A DNA stretch of 64,000 nt from an uncultured Chloroflexia bacterium (GTDB lineage: Bacteria; Chloroflexota; Limnocylindria; QHBO01). How positions within the stretch are numbered: position 1 is the stretch's first letter; every line of letters begins with the position of its first letter. This document shows positions 9,354 to 17,916 of the stretch, in pieces. The stretch is taken from positions 6,839 to 70,838 of the forward strand of contig CAWFKB010000003.1 in NCBI GenBank assembly GCA_963816215.1. The letters run 5' to 3'. Position numbers and translations under genes: made by a program. A model generated the notes under the pieces. That model made no database searches. It was not told the DNA's origin and saw only the letters and a list, made by a program, of their open reading frames with translations.

Positions 9354-10361
9354 CTAGCGGTCGCCCATCACCGACTGCACGTAGTACCGCATCGCAGGCA
9401 CGTTCGCGATCATCACGTAGCCGCGGTTCGTCCCAGGCTCCAGGCCGGAGTACAGCGCGAACTGGGGTGGCGCGAGGACGGTGGCCGTCACGTCAGCGTT
9501 CGCCGCCGCATCGACCACCTTGAGCAGTGAGGGGACGTCGGCCATCGGGATGTCCGTGTGGAGGGTCGTGAGCAGGGCCACGATGGTGGCGGGATCGAAC
9601 CGGGTGCCCAGGTCCGCGATGCGCTGGGCGAGACTCAGGATGACCTGCATCTGGCGCTGCGACCGCGCGAAATCGCTGTCGAAGTGTCGGGCACGCGAGT
9701 ATTGGAGCGCCGTCGCGCCGTCGAGGCGCTGGGCACCGGCACCGATGTTCAGGCCCACCTCGCCGTCGTGGATCTCGTACGGCACGTCCACCCAGACCCC
9801 GCCCAGGGCATCCACCAGCCGGGGAAGGTCGGGCATGCTGATCTCGACGTAGTAGTCGATCGGGATGCCATAGGTCGCCTCGAGCGCGCGCTCGAGCCCG
9901 GGCATGTCGTAGCTGAAGCGGATGGCGTTGGCCTTGAGGTGCCAGATGCTGCCGTTGCCCAGCGGGATGTCAGTCGCGTCGCGGGGCAGAGCGACCATGG
10001 CCAGTTGCTGGTGGTTGGGACTCACCGAGGCCACGATCATCGAATCGGTCAGCGCGCCGTATCCGTTTCGTACCCGGGTGGGCGTCGAGTCATTGCCCGC
10101 GAACAGGACGGTGATCCGCCCGTACAGGAGCGAGCTGTTCAGCGGAACGGGGGTGGGCGCTGGAGTCGGCGTGGGCTCGGGCGTCGGTGTGGGGCGGACA
10201 GTGGGCGTGGGGGCTGCGGTGGCCTCACCGCTGGAACTGGGAGATGCGCTCGGAGACAGCAGCGAGCACCCGGCGACCAAAGCCAGGGCAAGCGGGATCA
10301 GTAGGCGCAGGCGGCGCGGCGCGGGCGACATCGACGGCGGATCGTATCCCGTACGCTCCAT
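9354..10361 (-). CDS. LCP family protein (LytR-CpsA-Psr), lipoprotein with a Pro/Thr-rich linker
   Basis: LVAGCS lipobox, PTPTVRPTPTPEPTPTPAPTPVP linker, and an LCP core (DSMIVASV, ALPRD, DYYVEI). Confidence 0.85.
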   Translation of the reverse strand: MERTGYDPPSMSPAPRRLRLLIPLALALVAGCSLLSPSASPSSSGEATAAPTPTVRPTPTPEPTPTPAPTPVPLNSSLLYGRITVLFAGNDSTPTRVRNGYGALTDSMIVASVSPNHQQLAMVALPRDATDIPLGNGSIWHLKANAIRFSYDMPGLERALEATYGIPIDYYVEISMPDLPRLVDALGGVWVDVPYEIHDGEVGLNIGAGAQRLDGATALQYSRARHFDSDFARSQRQMQVILSLAQRIADLGTRFDPATIVALLTTLHTDIPMADVPSLLKVVDAAANADVTATVLAPPQFALYSGLEPGTNRGYVMIANVPAMRYYVQSVMGDR

Positions 10362-10363
10362 TC

Positions 10364-10777
10364 ATGCATTCGCGCGAGTTTTCGGTCGACACCGCAGGTC
10401 GCCGGGGCGTTCACGATCTGACACCGATGTGCGCCGCGTTCGCGGCGGAGGCCGCCGGCGCCGGCGACGGCATGCTGAACGTCTTCGTCCCCCACGCCAC
10501 GGCCGGCGTGCTGGTGATGGAGCTCGGCAGCGGCTCCGAGACCGATGTCATGGAGGCGCTCGATCGGCTCCTCCCCCGCGATGACCGATGGCGTCATCGC
10601 CACGGGTCGCCCGGACATGGCGCCGACCACGTGCTGCCCCTGCTGGCCGGACCCTCGCTCAGCGTCCCGGTCGTGAGCGGACAGCTCGCCCTCGGCACCT
10701 GGCAGTCCATCGCCCTGCTCGATCCCAACCAGGACCGCGGCGATCGGCGAGTACGGCTCTCGTTCCTGCCCGGCTAG
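10364..10777 (+). CDS. YjbQ/UPF0047 family protein (secondary thiamine-phosphate synthase-like)
   Basis: Internal start [10 protein letters not shown]. Conserved [16 protein letters not shown] and HVLPLL motifs. Confidence 0.75.
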   Translation: MHSREFSVDTAGRRGVHDLTPMCAAFAAEAAGAGDGMLNVFVPHATAGVLVMELGSGSETDVMEALDRLLPRDDRWRHRHGSPGHGADHVLPLLAGPSLSVPVVSGQLALGTWQSIALLDPNQDRGDRRVRLSFLPG

Positions 10778-12822
10778 GTCGCGGGCGGTGCCGAGAGGCG
10801 CGTGACCTGCTGCTCGACCTCCGCAGGATCGGTGGTCGGGGCGTCGCAGGCGTAGCCACGGCACACGAAGGCGGTCGGCACCCCGTTGCGAGGAGCCTTG
10901 CCCGCGAACAACGGGCGTGAGTCGAGGGCGTCGCCCGGCGGGAGCGGCGCCATGACCACGTCGGGCGCGTAGGGTCGGGCCGCGGCCCGGCGAAGCGCCA
11001 CCGAGCGCTCGTCCTGCGCCATACCGGCCACCACCACGTCGGTGGCGGGCCGGCCCGCCCGGTCGGCCGCGCTCAGCATCCGCCCGAACCCGGTGGGCTG
11101 GCGTTCGAGTGCCGGGCCGACGGCGGCCAGGATCCGGCGCGCCCGTCGGTGATGCTCCTCGTCGCCCGCGAGGAGCGCGAGCCGCAGCCACACGTCGGCG
11201 GCCAAGGCATTCGCGCTGGGCGTGGCCCCGTCCACGAGCGATCGTGGTCGAGCCACGGTCTGCTCGTGCTCAGGTCCGGTGTCGAACAGCGTCCCGGACT
11301 CGTCGTCCCAGAAATCGGCCAGCAACCGTCCCATGAGCGCCTCCGCGAGGCGCAGGTCGTCTGGCTCGCCCAGCGCCCCGTAGGCCTCGAGCAAGCCGTC
11401 GGCCACGGCCGCGTAGTCCTCGGCGAAGCCGGGGGTATGCGCCTGGCCGTCGCGGGCCGTACGCCACAGGCGATCCCCGTCGTGCAGCAGCGTGCCGCGC
11501 ACGAACCGGACCAGTTCGCGGGTGCCAATCATGAACCGCTCCTCGCCCAGGACGAGCGCGGCGCAGGCGAAGGCGCGCAGGGCCATCCCGTTCCAGGCGG
11601 CGAGCTGCTTGTCGTCGCGCCCGGGCCGGACGCGCGATGAGCGGGCCGCGAGGAGCGCGGACCGAGCCCGCTCGAGATCGCGCGCCGCTGGGTGCGGGGC
11701 GTCGGCGACGTGGAGGATCGTGTGGCCCTCCCAGTTCCCGCCCTCGCGGAGATCCCAGTGGGCAGCGACGGCGTCCACGGCATACGGCTCGAGGCCTGCG
11801 TCCGCCAGCGCCGCCCGGGCGAGATCGGCATCCCACACGTAGAAGCGGCCCTCCTCGCCTTCGCTGTCGGCATCCAGGGCGGCGGCGAAGCCGCCGTCAT
11901 CGGTCCGTAGCTCGGCAAGGAGGAAGTCCAGGGTCGAGGCCGCGACCCGGGCGTATCGGTCTTCACCAGTTGCCCGGAAGGCTTCGAGGTAGGCGTGGGC
12001 CAGGAGGGCGTTGTCGTACAGCATCTTCTCGAAGTGCGGTGCGAGCCAGCGGACATCGGTGCTGTACCGCGCGAAGCCGCCTCCCAGCTGGTCGTGAATC
12101 CCGCCGTTCGCCATTCGGTCGAGGGTGAAGGTCACCATGTGGAGCGTCGCCGGGTCCCGGGTATCCCGCCAGCGGCGCAGAAGGAACTCGAGGGCCATGG
12201 GCGCCGGGAACTTGGGAGCGGGGCCGAATCCGCCCTCCCGCGGGTCGAATGCCGACGCGAGGCGCCGCACCGCGCCGTCGAGGATCGCATCCCCCGGTTC
12301 GGCACCCGCGACCGGCGCCGCCATCTGGGTCCGCAGGTGCTCCGCCAGGTGCGAGGCCACGTCGCTCACCTCGCCGCGTCGATCCCGGTAGGCCTCGGCC
12401 ACGCCATCGAGCACGGTCCCGAACGCGGGCAGACCGTGGCGGTCCGCTGGCGGGAAGTAGGTTCCGCCGAAGAACGGCTCCAGGTCCGGGGTCAGGAACA
12501 CGCTCAGCGGCCAGCCGCCCGACCCGGTCATGGCCTGTACCGCGGCCATGTACACGTCGTCGATGTCCGGACGCTCCTCGCGGTCCACCTTGATGGCCAC
12601 GAAGTCGCGGTTCAGGCGTTCCGCCAACGCCGGATCCTCGAACGACTCGTGGGCCATCACGTGGCACCAATGACAGGCCGAGTAGCCGATGGACAGGAAG
12701 ATCGGCCGATCCTCCGTCCGCGCCCGGGCCAGCGCCTCCGGTCCCCACGGGTACCAGTCGACCGGGTTGTCGGCGTGCTGGAGCAGGTACGGGCTCGTCT
12801 CACCCGCCAGGCGGTTGCTCAC
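10774..12822 (-). CDS. Thioredoxin-domain (DUF255) protein fused to an N-acylglucosamine 2-epimerase-like domain (YyaL/SSP411-like)
   Basis: N-terminus [21 protein letters not shown]...[11 protein letters not shown]. Confidence 0.85.
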   Translation of the reverse strand: MSNRLAGETSPYLLQHADNPVDWYPWGPEALARARTEDRPIFLSIGYSACHWCHVMAHESFEDPALAERLNRDFVAIKVDREERPDIDDVYMAAVQAMTGSGGWPLSVFLTPDLEPFFGGTYFPPADRHGLPAFGTVLDGVAEAYRDRRGEVSDVASHLAEHLRTQMAAPVAGAEPGDAILDGAVRRLASAFDPREGGFGPAPKFPAPMALEFLLRRWRDTRDPATLHMVTFTLDRMANGGIHDQLGGGFARYSTDVRWLAPHFEKMLYDNALLAHAYLEAFRATGEDRYARVAASTLDFLLAELRTDDGGFAAALDADSEGEEGRFYVWDADLARAALADAGLEPYAVDAVAAHWDLREGGNWEGHTILHVADAPHPAARDLERARSALLAARSSRVRPGRDDKQLAAWNGMALRAFACAALVLGEERFMIGTRELVRFVRGTLLHDGDRLWRTARDGQAHTPGFAEDYAAVADGLLEAYGALGEPDDLRLAEALMGRLLADFWDDESGTLFDTGPEHEQTVARPRSLVDGATPSANALAADVWLRLALLAGDEEHHRRARRILAAVGPALERQPTGFGRMLSAADRAGRPATDVVVAGMAQDERSVALRRAAARPYAPDVVMAPLPPGDALDSRPLFAGKAPRNGVPTAFVCRGYACDAPTTDPAEVEQQVTRLSAPPAT

Positions 12823-12899
12823 GATGGACCGATCGTATCGGACGGCGCTCGCTGTTCCCCGGATTGCATCCGCGATTGACCCCGGCCCGCCACGGTCGG

Positions 12900-12918
12900 C
12901 ATACTACCCCGGAGTATG
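12900..12918. promoter_or_regulatory. Candidate CsoR/RcnR-type operator (CATACT-ACCCCGG-AGTATG) over the RBS and first ATG of the CsoR-family gene
   Basis: AT-rich inverted repeat flanking a G/C tract, matching the TACT-G6-N-AGTA architecture of RcnR/CsoR type-1 operators. Confidence 0.5.
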
Positions 12919-13263
12919 GACATGACCGATCCCGCCCACTTTCGCCACAGCTACTCCCGCGACCGCAAGGAGCTCCTGAACCGCCTGCGGCGGATCGAGG
13001 GCCAGGCGCGCGGCATCCAGCGGCTGGTCGACAACGAGGCGTACTGCCTCGACATCCTCCAGCAGGTGGAGGCCATGACGGCCGCCGCCGACCAGGTGGC
13101 GATGCTCGTCCTCGAGGACCACATCGACGGCTGCCTGACCCACGCGATCGACTCGGGGCAGGGGGAGCCGTACGTCCGCGAGGTGATGCAGGTGGTCCGC
13201 AGGGCGATGGGCCGGCCGGCGGCACGGCGAAGCCGACGGGGCGCCGGGGCGCCCACGGGGTAG
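12916..13263 (+). CDS. CsoR/RcnR-family metal-sensing transcriptional repressor
   Basis: 115 aa. Fingerprint residues Y-C (NEAYCLD) and H-x3-C (HIDGC), plus an N-terminal His. Confidence 0.8.
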   Translation: MDMTDPAHFRHSYSRDRKELLNRLRRIEGQARGIQRLVDNEAYCLDILQQVEAMTAAADQVAMLVLEDHIDGCLTHAIDSGQGEPYVREVMQVVRRAMGRPAARRSRRGAGAPTG

Positions 13264-13343
13264 CAGACGGGAGTGCCGCAGGGGGGAACCACGGCACTCC
13301 CGGTCCCGACTATACGAGCGACGGTCAAGCCGACCGACCGGGT

Positions 13344-16175
13344 CTACTCCCCGAACATGGTGAGCTGTTTGCCGCCGCGCTCGACCAGTGGATCGAGGCC
13401 GATCATCGGCTCCAACCACTCCATCCGGGCCCCGTCGCGGGCCACCAGGGCTTCCAGATGCGGCCACTTCAGGACGTGCCAGTTCTGGCGTTCCATCTCG
13501 GCCCGCAGCCACGGGGAGCGGGCGATCTTCAGGCGCAGCAGCTCCGTTCGTTCGGCGGGAATGACGAGGAAGCGGGCCTGCTGTTCCGAGGTCGGGATCT
13601 GCGCGCCGCGGCGCAGGACGGCGTCACCGATCATGGCCGTCCACTCCACCTCGAACAGGTAGCTGGACCGATTCCGGACGTACCACAGGGCGTCCACCGC
13701 GCCGAGCACCTCGGCCGGAGCGCGAATCACGAGCGGGAGGTAGGTACGCCGCTCGTCTTCCTTCAGCAGGTCGGCCAGGGCGCCGTGGCGCCACGGGCGA
13801 TCCTGCTCCCGGCGGCTGACCCAGGCCCGGAGCCCGAGCCGGTGCCCGAAGTCCACGATCCCGGCAATGATCCTGGTGTGGTCCGCCATCCGGGCCGCGA
13901 GATCCTCCTCGGAGCGGATGTGGCCCCGCTCCCCCACCGTCCCGTAGGCGCCGAGGCAGGCACGAACGAGCTCTTCGTCGGGCGAGGACGTGCCCGGGAA
14001 GAGGGCGTAGATGCGATCCAGGAAGGCCGATTCGTCGAGGCGACCGGCCGTCGTGAGCAACGAGAACGTGGCCCATTCCACCCGATCGGCGATCGTGCCC
14101 TCTCCCAGGGTGGGCTCGCGCAGCCACCATGACGGACGTGGCCCGTCGTCCCCCACCCGAACCAGGCTCGGATGGTCGTCGCGCCACAGCTCCTCCCGGA
14201 GCAGGACGGCCAGCAGGGCTGGCCCGCCGCGGTCGACGCGCCCGGCTTGCTCGTCCGCCGCTTCCCCTGGGGCGTCGCCTGCCTCGCCGTCCGATCGCGC
14301 CTGGACGAGGCGGCGCAGCAGCCCGGTACGCTCGAGCTCGATCAATGCCGCGCATGCGATCCGCGCCAGGCCGGCGGGCTCGCCTCGCTCCCGTAGGAGG
14401 TTCACCGCGGCCCGCTCGATCGCGCCGGCGAGCTCGGGATAGGTGAGATGCCCGCCCTCGGCGCCCAGGCGGAGGGGCTTGGGGCGGACGGCGTCGCGCA
14501 GGCGATCTTCGGCCGAGGCGCGCCGGAAATGGAGGGTCACCCCATCCCCCACCCTCCCCGACTCTCGGGGAATGGCGTGCACGAGCTCCAGCTCCGCAGC
14601 CGCGGCAGCCAGGGCCACGGCCAGAACGCGGTCCGGGTCGTCGCCCTCGAGCAGGACCGTGCACCAGCCACCCGGTTTCAGGGCGCCTGTCGCCGAAGCG
14701 AGCGCGTGCCGGAAGGCGGTCACCTCCGCCCCCTCGGAACGGGCCGAGCCGCCGCCGAACAGCGGCTCCAGGCGCAGGGTCTCGGCCGCTTCGCGCCCCA
14801 TCAGCCAGGCGGTGGCCAGGTACTCGAAGCTCAGCTCGTCGACGCTTTCGGGAGGCGGTGGCGAACCGATGACCAGGTCCACGCTCTCGGGCGGCAGGTA
14901 CTGACCCACGACCGCGGGCCGGCATCGGATCCACAGCAGGTTGGCCGCGCTCATCCCGCCCAGCTCGTCCAGATCGGCGGCGAAGCGCACGGGACGGCGG
15001 TCACGGCCCAGGGCCGCGAGCGCTGTGCGCACGTCCTGATAGGCGACCTCGAACAGGCGCCACACGTTCACCTCGCGGTGATGACGGGACGCGGGCTGGC
15101 GGACGTGGCCGCCGCTGATGCGCAGCGACGCGACGCGGCCGGGATACCCGTTCAGACGGCTGGCGGGGAGCAGGCAGCCGGCCAGCGCAAGGCGGAACAC
15201 GGCGGCCAGGGGCTGGTCATGGAACTCCGCATCGATCTTGTTGGCGATCGTCTGGAGGGCGTACAGGTTGCGCGAGGTGTACAGGTCCAGCACCTCATCC
15301 ACCACGTCGCCCCGCTCGTCCAGCACGGGAAACCGGTCGCGCAGCTGCTGGTAGGCCAGGCCCTGGCGGACATCGGTCCCCACTGGGGCGGGAAGCGGCG
15401 TGGGCCGCACGGTTGACGCGTAGCGGGGACCCTCCGAGGCGGTGAGCGACATCGGCGGATCGGGCGCCCGCGCGGGTGGCGGTGGAGGCCCGCCGGGCTC
15501 GCCCAGCGGGGCCAACGGCGGGGGCTCGGTCGCTCCGGCGTCCCCGATCAGCCCCATTGGGGCGGGCGGCAGATCCTCGTCTGCATCGGCTGCCGGTTCG
15601 ACACCGGCCGCTGGCTCGGCCGGTGGAGGCGGTTCCAGCCCCAGCTTGGCGTAGTCCGATTCGTCCACCGGCGCCACGCGCTCGTCAGGACCGCCCAGGG
15701 CCACGTCACACGCGGCGCATCGGTACACCTTGCGGCCGGGCGCATCGCCGTCCCGGGGCCAGATGAACTCCTCCGCCATGACCGGGCGGCTGCAGACCGG
15801 GCAGCGGGACGCGTAGAGCTCCTCGATGTGCTGACGGAGCGGGATGTCCACCCGACGCGAGGAGGCGAGCTGCGCAAACGCCGCATCGACGGACGCCACC
15901 TCGGGGGCCAGGAGGAAGGCCTGGGCCGCCATCTGGGCGAACGGGCTGGCCTCGGCGGCCACGACCCGCATGCCGTGCGCGACCGCGCGACGGGCTGTCC
16001 AACCGGTGCCGGCCCATGGGTCGAGGATCGTGTCGCCCGACGTGGCGAACGACGCCAGCTCGGCGTCGAGGACGTTATCGGCCGGGGAGGGAAAGTAGCG
16101 CTCGAGCAGGGCGAGTCCCGGTAGGCGCCTCGGAAGGACGACGTGGTCGAGTCTCTTCCGTTCGGCCAAGGTCAT
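13344..16175 (-). CDS. Large (943 aa) N4/N6-methyltransferase-like protein with a Zn-ribbon insert, Pro-rich linker, degenerate catalytic motif IV and an unknown C-terminal domain
   Basis: N-terminus ILDPWAGTGWTARRAVAHGMRVVAAEASPFA resembles the SAM-binding end of PF01555 (DPFAGSGTT). CPVCS...CAAC ribbon. Motif-IV-like VDLVIGSPPPPE lacks the aromatic residue. GC3 checked at about 90% in the C-terminal part. Confidence 0.7.
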   Translation of the reverse strand: MTLAERKRLDHVVLPRRLPGLALLERYFPSPADNVLDAELASFATSGDTILDPWAGTGWTARRAVAHGMRVVAAEASPFAQMAAQAFLLAPEVASVDAAFAQLASSRRVDIPLRQHIEELYASRCPVCSRPVMAEEFIWPRDGDAPGRKVYRCAACDVALGGPDERVAPVDESDYAKLGLEPPPPAEPAAGVEPAADADEDLPPAPMGLIGDAGATEPPPLAPLGEPGGPPPPPARAPDPPMSLTASEGPRYASTVRPTPLPAPVGTDVRQGLAYQQLRDRFPVLDERGDVVDEVLDLYTSRNLYALQTIANKIDAEFHDQPLAAVFRLALAGCLLPASRLNGYPGRVASLRISGGHVRQPASRHHREVNVWRLFEVAYQDVRTALAALGRDRRPVRFAADLDELGGMSAANLLWIRCRPAVVGQYLPPESVDLVIGSPPPPESVDELSFEYLATAWLMGREAAETLRLEPLFGGGSARSEGAEVTAFRHALASATGALKPGGWCTVLLEGDDPDRVLAVALAAAAAELELVHAIPRESGRVGDGVTLHFRRASAEDRLRDAVRPKPLRLGAEGGHLTYPELAGAIERAAVNLLRERGEPAGLARIACAALIELERTGLLRRLVQARSDGEAGDAPGEAADEQAGRVDRGGPALLAVLLREELWRDDHPSLVRVGDDGPRPSWWLREPTLGEGTIADRVEWATFSLLTTAGRLDESAFLDRIYALFPGTSSPDEELVRACLGAYGTVGERGHIRSEEDLAARMADHTRIIAGIVDFGHRLGLRAWVSRREQDRPWRHGALADLLKEDERRTYLPLVIRAPAEVLGAVDALWYVRNRSSYLFEVEWTAMIGDAVLRRGAQIPTSEQQARFLVIPAERTELLRLKIARSPWLRAEMERQNWHVLKWPHLEALVARDGARMEWLEPMIGLDPLVERGGKQLTMFGE

Positions 16176-16180
16176 CGCGG

Positions 16181-17008
16181 CTACGTCTCTTCGAGCAGTT
16201 CCTCTTCTTCATCGGGCTCGCTCGAGAGCTCCGGAAGGCTGGTGTCGAGCTCCTCGACCTCTTCCGGCTCTTCTTCGGACTCCTCCGACTCGTCGTCGTC
16301 ATCGTAGCGGAGGGCACTGCCCTTCATATACGGTCGAACGTCACTCGTACGGCCCGCCGCCGCGCCCGGGAACGACACCCGACCGAAGTTCGCCGGGTGG
16401 GCGAACACCTCGCGGATGATGAGTCGCAGATCGTCGTTCGTGACGGTGGTCAGGGCCGCCTCGTACCGATTTCCCTTGGCCATGAGGTCGAGCAACCGGT
16501 TCGCGACCCGCGGTTCCACCTGGCCCACCTTGATCCCGCGGACCTTGGCCTCGAGCTCGCCATCGGCCGCGTGGAGCTCGATCGCATCGCCGGCGGAGAG
16601 CGGCGCCAGCTGCCTGGCCGGCGCGAGGTTGATGAGTCGGGCGCTGCCGGTCTTGCCCATCTCCTCGATGAACAGCGCGGCGGGGGCACGGGCCGCATGC
16701 CGGTCGCCGCGGGTCGTGCCCTCGGACGCGATCAGGGCCTGAAGCCGCTCCACGTTCCGCTCGGCAATCCGATTCGTGCGCTCCCGCTCGAGGGCGGACT
16801 GGTAGGCCTCCAGCGCTTCGGGCAGGCGGTCGAGCTCAGCCAGGGCCTTACCGAGCCGGTTGTAGGCGTCCACGTCACCGCCCAGCTCCACGATCTGGCG
16901 GTTGGTGTCGACCGATTCCTCCCACTCGCCGCGCGCAGCCTGGGCAATCGCAATTTCGGCGAGCTGGCGGCGCTGGCGGGTGGTGGCGTCAGGATCCCCG
17001 GCGGTCAT
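16181..17008 (-). CDS. TPR-repeat protein with an uncharacterised middle domain and a C-terminal polyacidic tail
   Basis: Start at MTAGDPD. Tail DDDDESEESEEEPEEVEELDTSLPELSSEPDEEEELLEET. Its stop lies 5 nt upstream of the downstream 943-aa gene start. Confidence 0.65.
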   Translation of the reverse strand: MTAGDPDATTRQRRQLAEIAIAQAARGEWEESVDTNRQIVELGGDVDAYNRLGKALAELDRLPEALEAYQSALERERTNRIAERNVERLQALIASEGTTRGDRHAARAPAALFIEEMGKTGSARLINLAPARQLAPLSAGDAIELHAADGELEAKVRGIKVGQVEPRVANRLLDLMAKGNRYEAALTTVTNDDLRLIIREVFAHPANFGRVSFPGAAAGRTSDVRPYMKGSALRYDDDDESEESEEEPEEVEELDTSLPELSSEPDEEEELLEET

Positions 17009-17127
17009 GGGCGAGCGACTCTCCCCGGAAATTGATGAAAAAGGCGAAACGGCGCCGCGTTCGACCAGCGGAAACCGTCGGAGGGCGACACTTTCTATCA
17101 CCGACCCCCCGGAGTGTCAACGCGATT

Positions 17128-17916
17128 TCAGCTCCGGCTCAGGAAGAGCGCCACGAAAGCGCCGATGACGGCCAGCGAGCCGTACTCCAGGGCGACTGCC
17201 CGATTGGGTACGCCGGACTCGAGCGCGTCGGCCGCTCCGCTCCAGGCGTGGAAGGTCAGGGCGATCAGCGCGGAGCCCACTGGTTGGGGCAGGTCGAGCA
17301 GGATCAGGGCGGTCGCAACCTGGAGCACGACCAGCAGGTGCAGCGCCCCATGGCCTACGGCCGGCACGCCGACCGCTCCCCGGGCCTCCGCGGCCCGCAG
17401 GCAGGGCACCGCGACCAGGATGGCCAGCAGCACGATCTGGAGCAGCCACAGCTCCGACGGAATCACTCCTGCCAGGCCGACCGCGGCGCAGAACACGGTG
17501 AAGACCAGCAGCAGGTCGAGCGACAGGCGATTGGTGGGGGCCGTGGGGCCCATCCGCTCGGTGTAGAGGGTCCACCACAGGAAGGCCCAGGCCACGGGCG
17601 CGGCCAATGGACCGATGCCGGGCGGCAGCAGCCGCCCGGCCAGGGTGATCGATACCGTGGCCACGGCCAGGATCGCGTAACGCGCGTACCCCACCGACGC
17701 GCGAGCCGCGCCCAGGAGGGCGGCCATGCCCAGGCCGGCCAGGGCCAGCTCGAGGGCCAGCACGCCGGCCAGGGCCACCATGTCGACGACCCAGCCCGCT
17801 GCGACGAGCGCGGCGAGAATCAGGGGCAGGGCGACGGGTCCCGCACGCTTCACGGCCCGCGCGCCCCGCACGCGTCCCGCGCGGAAGAGTCGCCGGCGAT
17901 CCGCGACCGCGCTCAT
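17128..17916 (-). CDS. Hypothetical polytopic membrane protein
   Basis: 6-7 predicted TM helices. Start overlaps the PolX stop by 4 nt. Confidence 0.55.
   Translation of the reverse strand: MSAVADRRRLFRAGRVRGARAVKRAGPVALPLILAALVAAGWVVDMVALAGVLALELALAGLGMAALLGAARASVGYARYAILAVATVSITLAGRLLPPGIGPLAAPVAWAFLWWTLYTERMGPTAPTNRLSLDLLLVFTVFCAAVGLAGVIPSELWLLQIVLLAILVAVPCLRAAEARGAVGVPAVGHGALHLLVVLQVATALILLDLPQPVGSALIALTFHAWSGAADALESGVPNRAVALEYGSLAVIGAFVALFLSRS

Noticed and set aside
10150-10235. Imperfect tandem GTGGGCG/GGCGTCGG-like repeats in DNA
   Set aside because: This is the coding sequence of the Pro/Thr linker (PTPTPEPTPTPAPTP) of the LCP protein, not an independent repeat element or CRISPR.
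13624-14934. 436-aa Arg-rich minus-strand ORF and the 14448..15416 plus-strand ORF inside the 943-aa gene
   Set aside because: These are alternative frames of the same region. The 943-aa frame shows about 90% GC3 and meaningful motifs, and the others do not.
16190-16310. Low-complexity GAG/GAC-rich DNA stretch
   Set aside because: Encodes the polyacidic tail of the TPR protein. It is not a repeat element.
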